Shown here: piece by piece, positions 10,145-20,146 of the stretch | Numbering within the stretch: the first letter of the stretch is position 1 | Layout of the letters: each line of letters begins with the position of its first letter | Assembly: GCA_017470165.1 (NCBI GenBank) | Contig: JAFUEX010000020.1 | Location: forward strand, 19,415-83,414 | DNA length: 64,000 nt | Direction of reading: 5' to 3' | Source of the DNA: Alphaproteobacteria bacterium | GTDB lineage: Bacteria; Pseudomonadota; Alphaproteobacteria; RF32; CAG-239 | The notes under the pieces: model-generated | What the model was told of the DNA's origin: nothing | The model's database searches: none | Seen by the model: the letters and a program-made list of their open reading frames with translations, nothing else | Position numbers and translations under genes: made by a program

Positions 10145-10945
10145 TTACCATTCAATCGTCAAATTGTCATACGCCGGCTGCACATTCTCCGGCGTGCGGC
10201 GGTTCACCTCATCATAATCACACTCACTGGCCATATGATTCAGCACCGCTTGCTCTGGCTTAAACTTATCAATACACTGCAACACACTGTCCAATCCTGC
10301 GTGGTGTATATGCTCCTCCATCACTGTCAACGGAATTGTCATCAACTGCGGTTCGATTTTGTTTATCAGTTTTTCGGCCGAACTTGCCAAATACCTGAAA
10401 TCGCCCAAATGTACAATTTCGTCATTGATAATATATCCGCAAGACGGCACATTATGTCCCAACAGCTTTATCGGCACTATCTTAATCCCTTTCAACCGAA
10501 ATTCTCTATTGGGTTTCACAACATTAACCTTCACACCGCCGCGCGCCGAATAACCGTCTCTTATATACTCTTGTTTGTTGCGTTTGTCCATCACCATATA
10601 GGCATAGCGCTTTTTTATCACCTTCATCACATAATCTGGCGCATAAACATCTAACGGTTTGTGATTAATCCGATTAATCTCACGCAGCTCATCAATTCCG
10701 CCGATATGGTCAAAATGCGCGTGCGTAATCAAAATTCCATCTAAATATTTAATCTCGTTATCCAAAAACTGCGCCCGCAAATCCGGTGAAGCATCCACTA
10801 AAATTCTCACCCCGCCTATTTCATAAATTGTCGAGGTGCGCGTACGCCGATTCTTCGGATTATTCGGATTGCAACATCCGAACCCGCAACTTATTGACGG
10901 CACCCCCGGAGATGCTCCGGCTCCCAAAAACAATGCTCTTGTCAT
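10145..10945 (-). CDS. MBL-fold metallo-hydrolase (PhnP-like)
   Basis: LGAGASPGVP and THAHFDHIGGID (HxHxDH) motifs; follows tatD. Confidence 0.92.
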   Translation of the reverse strand: MTRALFLGAGASPGVPSISCGFGCCNPNNPKNRRTRTSTIYEIGGVRILVDASPDLRAQFLDNEIKYLDGILITHAHFDHIGGIDELREINRINHKPLDVYAPDYVMKVIKKRYAYMVMDKRNKQEYIRDGYSARGGVKVNVVKPNREFRLKGIKIVPIKLLGHNVPSCGYIINDEIVHLGDFRYLASSAEKLINKIEPQLMTIPLTVMEEHIHHAGLDSVLQCIDKFKPEQAVLNHMASECDYDEVNRRTPENVQPAYDNLTIEW

Positions 10946-11715
10946 ACTCCGGTCAACCTCCGAAAATTATCTGTAGTTACTTTGGCAATTTCCTCAAAGC
11001 TGACTTGCTTAATCTCTGCCAACTTGTGCGCGGTCAACACCACATTGGCCGGCTCATTAATCTCCCCGCGTTTGGGCACCGGCGCCAAATACGGTGCATC
11101 CGTCTCCACCAGCAATCTATCTAAGGGCACTTGCGCAAAATTTGCTCGGATATCCTCCGATTTCTTAAAAGTTATAATCCCCGAGGCCGAGATATAAAAT
11201 CCCATCGCCAAAGCTACCTCAGCCAACCTTGCAGAAGACGAATAACAATGGATAATCCCCTTAAATTCCTTTTTCTCATAGGCCGAAGACAGCAGTTGTA
11301 TCATATCATCATCCGATTCACGATTATGTATAACCAACGGCAACCCTGCCTCTTGCGCCGCAGCAATATGTTCTTGCAGCAAATCAATCTGCGCCTGCCG
11401 TGGCGCATAGTCATAAAAATAATCCAATCCCGCCTCACCGATAGCGATAACCCCGTCATTTTCACACGCCCGCAGAATATCCGCTGCCCGCAAATCAGCA
11501 AACTCGCTTGCCTCATGCGGATGCACACCGACACAGGTATATACTTTAGCATATCTCCGCGTAATTGCCAAATGTTCGGCCAAATGATTGATATTGGCAC
11601 CGGCATCCAAAATATATTCCACTCCGGCCTGACGAGCCCGCATTATCACCCCGTCCAAACCTTCGTTATCCTCCAAATGACAATGACTATCCGCCAACAT
11701 TATTGCCCGCTCCAT
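10942..11715 (-). CDS. tatD: TatD family hydrolase
   Basis: DSHCH, GVHPH, IGEAGLDY, IHCYS and ETDAPYLAP motifs. Confidence 0.95.
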   Translation of the reverse strand: MERAIMLADSHCHLEDNEGLDGVIMRARQAGVEYILDAGANINHLAEHLAITRRYAKVYTCVGVHPHEASEFADLRAADILRACENDGVIAIGEAGLDYFYDYAPRQAQIDLLQEHIAAAQEAGLPLVIHNRESDDDMIQLLSSAYEKKEFKGIIHCYSSSARLAEVALAMGFYISASGIITFKKSEDIRANFAQVPLDRLLVETDAPYLAPVPKRGEINEPANVVLTAHKLAEIKQVSFEEIAKVTTDNFRRLTGV

Positions 11716-11716
11716 G

Positions 11717-12757
11717 CTAGTAAATCCGCGCCACTTTGGTCATAATATCCGTTACAACTTGCCTTTTATCCATATTCACTGCCTCTTGCTCCCTAAAAAT
11801 TTTCACCGCCTTGTCAAACACCTCTGCACTTTCCTCCACCTTGTTGCCGGCTTTGGCCTGTTCGGTCAAAAATTTCAAAATCAACTCCTTAAACAACTCA
11901 TAATTAGTTTCACTTGCCGCCTCGGCGCAAAACTTCAACATCGGGGCAATACGAAAATTTTTACCTCCGGTGGCCACATCATATATCCGCTTATAAAATT
12001 CCGCCGCCTTGCCGTCGGCATAAACAATTGCTTTGCCGATACTCCCCTCAGCCATTGCGCAAATCTGTTTAATCTCACTCTCACTCAGCTCCGAACGATA
12101 CCTCCGCAGCAAACTGGCTGTCAAGCTATCACTCAAAGGCTTCAGCTCCAGTTTGGCACACCGTGAGCGAATAGTCGGCAACAGTCCCTTGGGATTATGC
12201 GAAACCAGCAGCATAATTGTCTTGTGCGGCGGCTCTTCCAAAATTTTCAGCACCGCATTAGCTGCCGAGCGGTTCATCTCGTCCACACTGTCAATCAGCA
12301 CCACCCGCCAATTGCCATCGGCCGAGCTTTTGGACAAAAACTCATTGACTGCGCGCACATCATCAACCACAATTTCACCGGATTTTTTCAACTCGCGCAG
12401 TTCGTCATCGCTCATATAATTGCCGCTTTGCACTGCCTTGATAATTTTTTGTTTATCCGTTTTGATATAACCGCGTTCCACCACCTTGAAATCAGGGTGC
12501 GATTCGGAGCTTATCTGCTTAAACACTTTAGCTTCCGCGCTCACTTCAAGCGAGGTATATTTATCCCGCTTGGTCTCATCCGCACTCAGCAAAAACCGCG
12601 CCACCCGATAGGCAAAAGTCGCCTTACCGATTCCTTTTGCTCCGGAAATAAGCAGCGCCTGATGCAAATTACCCCTCCGCCATGCTTCCAAAACAAACTT
12701 CTCGGCCTCGCTATGCCCTGCCAAATAAGCATTATCTTTCGGCTCAAAACTCTCCAT
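11717..12757 (-). CDS. holB: DNA polymerase III subunit delta'
   Basis: GAKGIGKAT, ANAVLKILEEPP and TIRSRC motifs; follows tmk. Confidence 0.95.
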   Translation of the reverse strand: MESFEPKDNAYLAGHSEAEKFVLEAWRRGNLHQALLISGAKGIGKATFAYRVARFLLSADETKRDKYTSLEVSAEAKVFKQISSESHPDFKVVERGYIKTDKQKIIKAVQSGNYMSDDELRELKKSGEIVVDDVRAVNEFLSKSSADGNWRVVLIDSVDEMNRSAANAVLKILEEPPHKTIMLLVSHNPKGLLPTIRSRCAKLELKPLSDSLTASLLRRYRSELSESEIKQICAMAEGSIGKAIVYADGKAAEFYKRIYDVATGGKNFRIAPMLKFCAEAASETNYELFKELILKFLTEQAKAGNKVEESAEVFDKAVKIFREQEAVNMDKRQVVTDIMTKVARIY

Positions 12758-12761
12758 CTTT

Positions 12762-13406
12762 CTACAACCCGAGTCTTTCGTGCACTATATGTGCTATATC
12801 CCGATGTATGACCTCGATATCCCGATTGGCATCAACCACCGCGCATCGTTGCGGCTCAAGGGCAGCAATCTCCTTAAACCCTTGCCGCAAATTCTCGTGA
12901 AAACGCAGTTCCTGATTTTCGAACCGCAATTCTTTCACCGCTTCGCCTTGGGCTTTGGCAAACGAACGCTCCAGTCCGATTCGCGGATCAATATCCAAAA
13001 TAATCGTCAAATCCGGCCTAAAATCGCCGGCTGCAATCATATATAATTGCTCCAGCACCTCTCTTTTTACCCGTTGACCGTAGCCATAGCACTGATAGGC
13101 AAAAGTCGAATCCGCAAACCTGTCGCTTATCACCACCTTGCCGTTTTCCAGCGCCGGCCATATCTTCTGGCTCAAATGAATATGCCTATCGGCAAAATAC
13201 AACAGCGCCTCAGCCGTGGCATCCATTTTGTTGGTGTCACCGCATACCAACAACTTTCGGATTTCCGCGCCCAGCTCTGTCCCTCCGGGCTCGCGAGTGG
13301 TCAACACCTCACACCCTTTTGCCGATAAATATTCAGCCAGCAGTTTAACTTGAGTCGACTTTCCGGTACCTTCGCCGCCTTCCAAAGTTATAAATCTGCC
13401 CGCCAT
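12762..13406 (-). CDS. tmk: Thymidylate kinase
   Basis: FITLEGGEGTGKST, TREPGG and DRFADS motifs. Confidence 0.98.
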   Translation of the reverse strand: MAGRFITLEGGEGTGKSTQVKLLAEYLSAKGCEVLTTREPGGTELGAEIRKLLVCGDTNKMDATAEALLYFADRHIHLSQKIWPALENGKVVISDRFADSTFAYQCYGYGQRVKREVLEQLYMIAAGDFRPDLTIILDIDPRIGLERSFAKAQGEAVKELRFENQELRFHENLRQGFKEIAALEPQRCAVVDANRDIEVIHRDIAHIVHERLGL

Positions 13407-13407
13407 C

Positions 13408-14553
13408 CTACAGCTCTCCGGACACCAAATATTTCAAATTAGCCAAAAACTTGGCGCGCAACCCCATCTTGTTAATTGTCTGCCCCGCTACCAAAGGCAC
13501 CTCCTGAGTATCATATCCGGCAATTTCTATCCGCAAAACTCCCAGTTTTTGCCCCATCTCAACCGGTGCCTTAACCGGCTTATCATAAACAACCATAACT
13601 TTGGCCTGATTATAATGACTTTTTTTCAGGGTCTTAACAATATCTTCTTGAGTGACTAACGGCACAGTTTTGTCCGTACCGTACCACACCGGAATATCTG
13701 CCAACTTGTCGCCTTTTTTAGCCAAAGTATAGTTATCATACTCGCGAAAAGCCCACGACATCATTTTATCGGCTTCTTCCGAACGCTCTTTATTGGAATT
13801 TAAGCCGGTCATCACCCCGATAATCCGCCGGTCGCCTTTTTTAGCCGACGCGGTCAGGCAATATCCTGCCTCATCGGTATGTCCAGTCTTAAGCCCGTCG
13901 GCATAAGGCATTGAATACAACAACGGATTACGATTGCCTTGGCGAATATTGTTGTAAACAAATTCTTTTTGCGAAAAAATATGGTAAAACTGCGGAAATT
14001 CCTCAATAATATGCCGCGCCAAAATCGCCAAATCTTCAACCGACATCTTATGATCCGGATGCGGCAGCCCCGTCGCATTGGCAAATGTCGAATTTTTCAG
14101 TCCCAGTTCTTTGGCCTTGGCATTCATCAGTTTGACAAACGATTCTTCATCACCGGCAATATTTTCTGCCGCCACGATACAAGCGTCATTACCCGATTGA
14201 ATAATAATGCCCTTCAAAAGCTCATCAACCCGCACCTCATCGCCTATCGCCAAAAACATCGTCGACCCGCCGCTGGCCGCGCCACCTTTACGCCACGCAT
14301 TCTCGCTCACCTTAAAAGTGTCATCCAGCGACAAACTGCCGTCACGCAGCTTATCAAAAATCATATACACCGTCATCAACTTGCTCATTGAGGCCGGCGG
14401 TATAGCCTGCTCAATGTCTTTTTCAAACAAATGGGTTCCGGTGGTATAATCCATCAGAATCATATTCCGTGCCTTAGTATCAATCGCCTGCGCCATACTC
14501 AGGTTCATCATCAATCCGACTATCAGTCCGCCCGTCATCAAATATTTTTTCAT
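13408..14553 (-). CDS. dacA: D-alanyl-D-alanine carboxypeptidase (PBP5/6 type)
   Basis: PASMSK (SxxK), SGN and KTG motifs; signal peptide. Confidence 0.93.
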   Translation of the reverse strand: MKKYLMTGGLIVGLMMNLSMAQAIDTKARNMILMDYTTGTHLFEKDIEQAIPPASMSKLMTVYMIFDKLRDGSLSLDDTFKVSENAWRKGGAASGGSTMFLAIGDEVRVDELLKGIIIQSGNDACIVAAENIAGDEESFVKLMNAKAKELGLKNSTFANATGLPHPDHKMSVEDLAILARHIIEEFPQFYHIFSQKEFVYNNIRQGNRNPLLYSMPYADGLKTGHTDEAGYCLTASAKKGDRRIIGVMTGLNSNKERSEEADKMMSWAFREYDNYTLAKKGDKLADIPVWYGTDKTVPLVTQEDIVKTLKKSHYNQAKVMVVYDKPVKAPVEMGQKLGVLRIEIAGYDTQEVPLVAGQTINKMGLRAKFLANLKYLVSGEL

Positions 14554-14587
14554 TTTATCCTCTTTTATTTTTTCAACTCAAATTTTA

Positions 14588-15418
14588 TTAATCTGCAACC
14601 ACTTTGGCGCCGCCTGCTCCCCGATAGCGCACCTTAGCCGCATTTTCTTCGGCCTCCAAGCGATTGGCATAAGGCCCCATCCGCACTCTGTAATACTTTT
14701 CGCCGCTGACATCGGCATAATAAATCTTGGCATTGGCATACTTATCAGCCGCCGCCCGCGCTCGTTCACTTTCCTTGTACGAGCCTATCTGCACAAAATA
14801 ACTTCCCTTGGGATAGCTCTCCGCCACCTCGACCTCAGACTTAATTGCAGTCTTGGGGGTTGCCTCAACAGCACCGGCATAAGCCGACGAGCTCGCCGGA
14901 GTGCCATTCAGCAGCGCAGCTTTCAGCGCCTTGCTTTCTTTTTCCAACACTTCAACCCGTACTTTGGTAGTTCCTTGGGTTTGAAACCCGAGCAAACCTG
15001 CAGCGCGCTTTGACACATCCAAAATCCGATTGCTGGCATAAGGCCCGCGGTCATTAACCCTCAGCACCAGCGAGCGTCCGTTTTGCAAATTAGTCACCTT
15101 GACGATGGACGGCAAGGGCAAAGTCCGGTGCGCCGCCGTCAACGCATTCATATCATATTTTTCACCGTTAGCCGTCCGTTTGGCGTGAAAATCCTCGCCA
15201 TACCACGAGGCGACTCCCACCTCCGAATAGCTGTAATCCTCCTTGGGATAATACCATTTGCCCTTCACCTGATAGGGATTACCCACCTTATATATTCCGC
15301 CCTGTCCGCTGATTGCCGAAGCCTGATCATACTTACCGAACCCCAAATTGGTATATCCGTAAGTACACCCCGACAATGCGCCCACAATCAGCGGCAGCCA
15401 ACATACTTTCCAGTTCAT
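14588..15418 (-). CDS. rlpA: Septal ring lytic transglycosylase RlpA with SPOR domain
   Basis: Lipobox LSGC, ASWYG, TAAHRTLPLPS, VNDRGPY and C-terminal SPOR (YFVQIGSY). Confidence 0.95.
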   Translation of the reverse strand: MNWKVCWLPLIVGALSGCTYGYTNLGFGKYDQASAISGQGGIYKVGNPYQVKGKWYYPKEDYSYSEVGVASWYGEDFHAKRTANGEKYDMNALTAAHRTLPLPSIVKVTNLQNGRSLVLRVNDRGPYASNRILDVSKRAAGLLGFQTQGTTKVRVEVLEKESKALKAALLNGTPASSSAYAGAVEATPKTAIKSEVEVAESYPKGSYFVQIGSYKESERARAAADKYANAKIYYADVSGEKYYRVRMGPYANRLEAEENAAKVRYRGAGGAKVVAD

Positions 15419-15492
15419 AAAAAGCCCTTATTGTTACTGTTTCACTAACTTTGGAAAGGATTTTATATGTTTTTTTCCGCTTCGTAAAGTAA

Positions 15493-16779
15493 TTATTTCG
15501 GCTTGTGTAATTTTCTTGGCGGCAGCGGCGGAGCAAACCCCCGCTCTTTGGTATATTCGGCAATTTTATGCAGCAACTGAGCATCGGGATATCCGTCGGC
15601 GTTCAAATGTGCTTTTTTTTGCAAATCCTGCACCGCGGCTTTGGTTTTACTTCCCAATTGACCATCTTCATCCAATTTACCAAAGCTATGTAGGTTAATA
15701 AATTTCTGCACTTTAACCACCTCATCTGTCTTAAGCGGCCGATGTCCGTAGTATCCCGCCGGCTGCCATTTTTTGCCGCTCAAGGCATAATCTGCCAGCT
15801 TTCCGATAGCCAAGGCATAATTTTCCGAGCGATTCCATTGCATAATGCGTCCGAAATTGGCGCTCACCAAATAGACCTGCCCTTTGGCCCCGTCCGGAGC
15901 AATCACTGCGGCCGGCGTATCTGTCGACACCTTGCCAAGACCGTTGATTTTTACCCCTTGTTTTATCCACTCGTGCAACGGTTTAGCTTTATTGCGCCCG
16001 CTTTGCGCATAGTCAAAATTCCACGGCAGCTCAACCTCCCAGCCCCAAGGGATTTCCTTTTCCCAGCCGATAGCACTCAAATAGTTGGCCGCCGAAGCCG
16101 CCGCATCCTCAAATTCTTCCCAAATATCAATTTTGCCGTTACCGTTAAAATCAACCGCGTATTTGTCATAAGTAGTCGGCATAAACTGGAAATTTCCCAT
16201 TGCTCCTGCCCACGAGCTCTGCATTTTTTCCGGGGGCAATTGCTGTTCTTCCACAATTTTCAGAGCATAATAAAGCTCGTTTTTAAAAAACTTTGACCGC
16301 CGTTTATCATAACTCATCTCGGTCAGCGCATCAAAAACATTATACCCGCCGAAAGTTGTGCCAAAATCGGTCTCGGCGCCCCAAAAGGCAATTATATATT
16401 CCGCCGGCAGATTGTATTTCGCCTCAATTTTAGAGAGTTGCGGTTTCAGCTCCCGATATTTGGCCGCAGCCTTAGCCGCCCGCTGTTTACTCACCAACCG
16501 GTTCAGATACCCCGCCGAGGTCAGCACAAACTCCGGCTGCCTGCGGTCGTGTTTTACCGCATCGGGCTGCGGATGATAAAAATCATTTTGCCCATACACT
16601 TTATCAATTGTGGCCTTGCTGATACCGCGTGTCATCATCTCTTGTTTCAGCTCATCCAACCACTGCAAATATTCCATCGGCGGCTGATTGTTCGCCGGCA
16701 TTTCCGCACAGGCACCGGCCGCCAGCATACATATTGCCACCGCAACCCCGCTGCCGATTTTTTTCCGTATTTTTCCCAT
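15493..16779 (-). CDS. Lytic murein transglycosylase (MltB/SltB family) with PG-binding C-terminus
   Basis: WGAETDFG, SSWAGAMGNFQFMP, WNRSENYALAI and C-terminal DGQLG..T PG-binding domain. Start taken as ATG 16779. Confidence 0.93.
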   Translation of the reverse strand: MGKIRKKIGSGVAVAICMLAAGACAEMPANNQPPMEYLQWLDELKQEMMTRGISKATIDKVYGQNDFYHPQPDAVKHDRRQPEFVLTSAGYLNRLVSKQRAAKAAAKYRELKPQLSKIEAKYNLPAEYIIAFWGAETDFGTTFGGYNVFDALTEMSYDKRRSKFFKNELYYALKIVEEQQLPPEKMQSSWAGAMGNFQFMPTTYDKYAVDFNGNGKIDIWEEFEDAAASAANYLSAIGWEKEIPWGWEVELPWNFDYAQSGRNKAKPLHEWIKQGVKINGLGKVSTDTPAAVIAPDGAKGQVYLVSANFGRIMQWNRSENYALAIGKLADYALSGKKWQPAGYYGHRPLKTDEVVKVQKFINLHSFGKLDEDGQLGSKTKAAVQDLQKKAHLNADGYPDAQLLHKIAEYTKERGFAPPLPPRKLHKPK

Positions 16780-16780
16780 C

Positions 16781-16820
16781 AAAAAAATCCCATATAATCC
16801 GAACAAAAGCATTATATGGG
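16781..16820 (-). terminator. Terminator-like hairpin between the lysozyme-like operon and slt
   Basis: Perfect 10-bp inverted repeat CCCATATAAT (16789-16798) / ATTATATGGG (16811-16820), followed on the minus strand by A-T7. The stem is AU-rich and therefore weak. Confidence 0.5.
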
Positions 16821-16859
16821 ACAATTACTTAAAAAAAGTTTACCTTGTGCTCTGATATT

Positions 16860-18563
16860 TCACCCGCGGCCGCTTTGCCCTGTCATAAGCAGCTGCGCCA
16901 CATTAACTTCATTATTACCGTCCCGCACAGATTTGCGATTGTCTTTGAGATAACTGTCAATCTTATTCAGGTTCATCGCCACCTTCTCCATATCCGGCAA
17001 ATTCGGTCCCTTCAGCTGATCCTTGCTTTCTGGCTCACCGATAAGCTCCAGCGCCGCCCGAGTGAAATTCAGTGCCGAAGTAAATTCTTTCTGCTTCATT
17101 TTTTCTTCCGCCGCCTTAGTATACACCTCCAGCGCCTCGTTAACCGCCCCGCTGTCGGCTTCGGGAAGAGTTGCTCTTTTGTACATATACCAGCAGGCTT
17201 GGTTCGTATCACCCTCAATCGCACAGATATCCGCTACCTCTTTGTACACCTTCGGCAAAAATTCTTTTCCTTTTTCCGGTGAAGCTATAGCTATCCGCGT
17301 CATCATCCCGACCACTGCCTCGGCGCTTGTTCTGTCGGTTATACTATCCATCAAATACTGGCACACCGGAGTTTCGACCTTTGCCAACACATTCAGATTA
17401 GTCTGATTGATTACTTTTGCCAAATCGGTCATACCCATACCATTATTTGTCAGATTTTGCACCACCGAAGCATATCTTCCCTTCTCAATATTCTTAGTCA
17501 GACGTTCGGTCACATCTTCTGCCACTTTGCGCAGTTTGGCCTCATCTTTTGCCCTGACAGCATTCCTAAAAGCATTCACCTCGCCATCCGTCATACTATA
17601 GGTCGTAATCTTTTCGCTTATACCGCCCAAAGCACTGTAAACTTCAGGATATTTGTACAACAGCGCCAAAAAACAATTACGCTTGCGATAGGCTTTCATA
17701 TATTTACTATTACAGGTCAAGTTAACCATATGCGACATAACTTTCCAGTCATCGCCTTTGCTGTTCTTCACCTCGTCACACAGCTTCAATCCTTTTGCCG
17801 GATTGTTCCAGAATACGCCGATTACCGCCGCCAATTGATTTTCGCTGATATAAGTTCCGTCCAAATGCGCACCCATTTTTTTGACCAAACTTCCGTTTTC
17901 TCGGGTGGTAAAATACCAGTCAAACAATTGCATTCCCACCTCCAGCGGCACAGCCTGTTTTTTCAACTGCGGATATTTCGCCAACAAACTTTTCACCGAC
18001 TGCTCACTCGACGAATCACAGCTAAAGCCTTTGCCTTTCTCATAAAAATCCTTGGGCACCGTGATATTGCCAAACCCCACCGTCCAATGTCCGTCGTTAT
18101 AAAATTTCAAATTAAACCCTTCAACGTGCATCAGCATAATTGCCAACCCCATTCGGCTTTGGTTGACAACCTCGCCCACATTGTCTTTGGTAACCAACAC
18201 CTTTTTGCCGATGTTTGCCATTATCTCATTTTGCACATCGTTAAAACTCTGATTGACCGCGGCAGGGTCCACCAAATTCCCAAACAAGCTGTAATCAATC
18301 TGCACAGCCCCCCCCCAAGCTGCTGCGGACGAACCCGCTTCTTTTTCAGTATTTGTTGCCTTGATAGTGGTCTCAATCTTGCTGCCTGCCTCGTTTTCGG
18401 TTTCCTTATTGCCGCCGATTGTCGCATTTACCGCACCCGTGGCACTGCTTCCCCCCAGCGTCAGCGCTAACAATGTTGCTGTACGTATCTTATGTTTGAG
18501 CCTGTTCCTGAGCTTATTTAACCGTTGTTTCATCTCATTGCTTGCCATTGTTTTCTCTTTCAT
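16860..18563 (-). CDS. Large secreted/anchored GH24 lysozyme-like protein with helical/TPR-like C-terminus (paralogue A)
   Basis: EGFNLKFYNDGHWTVGFGN resembles the T4-type E-x8-D...T-IG motif. ISENQLAAVIGVFWNNP and YRKRNCFLAL resemble later GH24 helices. Basic leader plus Gly/Ala-rich hydrophobic segment; ATGA overlap with the upstream paralogue. Confidence 0.7.
   Translation of the reverse strand: MKEKTMASNEMKQRLNKLRNRLKHKIRTATLLALTLGGSSATGAVNATIGGNKETENEAGSKIETTIKATNTEKEAGSSAAAWGGAVQIDYSLFGNLVDPAAVNQSFNDVQNEIMANIGKKVLVTKDNVGEVVNQSRMGLAIMLMHVEGFNLKFYNDGHWTVGFGNITVPKDFYEKGKGFSCDSSSEQSVKSLLAKYPQLKKQAVPLEVGMQLFDWYFTTRENGSLVKKMGAHLDGTYISENQLAAVIGVFWNNPAKGLKLCDEVKNSKGDDWKVMSHMVNLTCNSKYMKAYRKRNCFLALLYKYPEVYSALGGISEKITTYSMTDGEVNAFRNAVRAKDEAKLRKVAEDVTERLTKNIEKGRYASVVQNLTNNGMGMTDLAKVINQTNLNVLAKVETPVCQYLMDSITDRTSAEAVVGMMTRIAIASPEKGKEFLPKVYKEVADICAIEGDTNQACWYMYKRATLPEADSGAVNEALEVYTKAAEEKMKQKEFTSALNFTRAALELIGEPESKDQLKGPNLPDMEKVAMNLNKIDSYLKDNRKSVRDGNNEVNVAQLLMTGQSGRG
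18308..18316 (-). repeat. G9 homopolymer within the coding sequence of paralogue A
   Basis: C9 on the + strand, coding TGG GGG GGG GCT (W-G-G-A). It is the longest G/C run I found in the window. Confidence 0.9.
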
Positions 18564-20113
18564 CTACCTTCCTTTTTACTCTCCACTGCTTTTCTATATG
18601 CTTTTTCACTCTTATCATAATCGCCAACCTTGGCATACGAGTGAGCTTCCAAAAACCGTGCATCACTCTCATTTTCTAATGCCATCTTTTCTACCTCTCT
18701 GCATAGCTTAATACATTCCTCGTTATTACCATTTTTAAAATTCACTTCAGCTAGATTCAACTTTGCCTTACCTCTGGCATCATCGGAAAGGAAACCACTA
18801 TGCTCAATATTCTCCAACACCTCAGCCATTTTTTCCACATCATCGCCGTACATATCCTTCGCCGCATTCACTATCTCATACCCCAAAGCCCGATAGGTTG
18901 TGGTATCCGCATTAATCTTTGCCAAATCAGCCGCCGCCTGCGGATAATTTTTGGCCAACATTTGAATATAAGTCTGATTTTCTCCGGTATTACTCTTGTT
19001 TTTGGCAACAAACGCATCCATCGCTAAACTAAAAACGCTGTAATCTCCTTTTTTGGCTCTCTCTAACGCCTTGTCAAAATACTTGCCCATATATCCCATA
19101 CCGACAATTTTGCAACGCGTATGGCCGTCTCGGTCGATAGATTCCGTAACCTCCATATTAGGAAGCTTTGCCAAATTTGCCGCATTGACATACAAACTAA
19201 CCTCCAGCATCCGGCGCGATTTAATGCCTTCAATAAAACCTGCATTGCACCAGCTCAAATCCATCATCTCTTCCACGCAGGCCTGTTTATCACCTCTCAC
19301 GTGCGCTCTGGCAGCTCGCTTTCCGGCAGGCGGATTATTATAATACACACTCAGCAGTGCCACAAACTCGCTCTCAGTATAACTGCCGTCCTTAACAGCA
19401 TCATACAAATCATCGGCACCACTGCCGTTGTCCCGATTCATATACCAGCCCCACACCCATTTCTCGTTTAACTGCATCCAGCTTTCAGCCGCTTTCTTGT
19501 ACTCCGTAACTTTTTTGATATAATCTTTGTCCTCTTTAGTGAGCTGCGAGATCTTCTTCCAGCCGTCCGGTCGCGTAGGATCTCCGTCCTTCTGCGCGGT
19601 ATATATGCCGGAATACATTGTATTAACATTTTTCCTATCGCTCTTGCCGTTATCGGCATAAAGCCCGTCTACATAAATCTCCGAACACAAAAACTTGTTC
19701 ATCAATGCCGGAAGCGCCTGTTTAAGCAACTTATCAAAATCAGCCCGCGACTTAATTTCGTGCTTTACAGTCAGATTTTTATTCACCTTTTTTTGCCATT
19801 GCTGGTTGTGCGTCAACTCCGGTTTGTCTTGGCCTTTGTGCGAAGCAACATAAGTTGCACCGCCTATGCCCGCTGCCAACACTAAACCTGCAACTTTCTT
19901 ACCTGTTTTGGTGCGCAAAAAATTTTTTGCCTCTCTAAGCCCCTCTTTTGCTTTTTCTTTGAGCGGATCATACATTTGGTCTTTCCCCTTTTGTGCCGCC
20001 TTGCGCACTTGGTCTCTGACTTCTTTCGCCAAAGCCTTCGCCAAGTCTTTCTTGTGATGCTTCACTGCCTCACGCAGCAAATCTGTCATATTATATTCTG
20101 TATCTTTTGCCAT
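18560..20113 (-). CDS. Large secreted/anchored GH24 lysozyme-like protein with C-terminal TPRs (paralogue B)
   Basis: EIYVDGLYAD (E-x8-D)...NTMYSG, ESEFVALLSVYYNNPPAG and GIKSRRMLEVSLY. TPR-like LAEVNFKNGNNEEC and HSYAKVGDYDKSEKAYRKAV. Start ATG 20113 with GAGG RBS; the ORF-track start at 20146 abuts the -10 box. Confidence 0.7.
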   Translation of the reverse strand: MAKDTEYNMTDLLREAVKHHKKDLAKALAKEVRDQVRKAAQKGKDQMYDPLKEKAKEGLREAKNFLRTKTGKKVAGLVLAAGIGGATYVASHKGQDKPELTHNQQWQKKVNKNLTVKHEIKSRADFDKLLKQALPALMNKFLCSEIYVDGLYADNGKSDRKNVNTMYSGIYTAQKDGDPTRPDGWKKISQLTKEDKDYIKKVTEYKKAAESWMQLNEKWVWGWYMNRDNGSGADDLYDAVKDGSYTESEFVALLSVYYNNPPAGKRAARAHVRGDKQACVEEMMDLSWCNAGFIEGIKSRRMLEVSLYVNAANLAKLPNMEVTESIDRDGHTRCKIVGMGYMGKYFDKALERAKKGDYSVFSLAMDAFVAKNKSNTGENQTYIQMLAKNYPQAAADLAKINADTTTYRALGYEIVNAAKDMYGDDVEKMAEVLENIEHSGFLSDDARGKAKLNLAEVNFKNGNNEECIKLCREVEKMALENESDARFLEAHSYAKVGDYDKSEKAYRKAVESKKEGR

Positions 20114-20146
20114 TGCGCACCTCTGCCATAACTTTCGTTCAATCAA

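Noticed and set aside
16860-20113. Prophage lysis cassette
   Set aside because: No holin, spanin, integrase or structural genes nearby; the proteins are much larger than endolysins and flanked by housekeeping genes.
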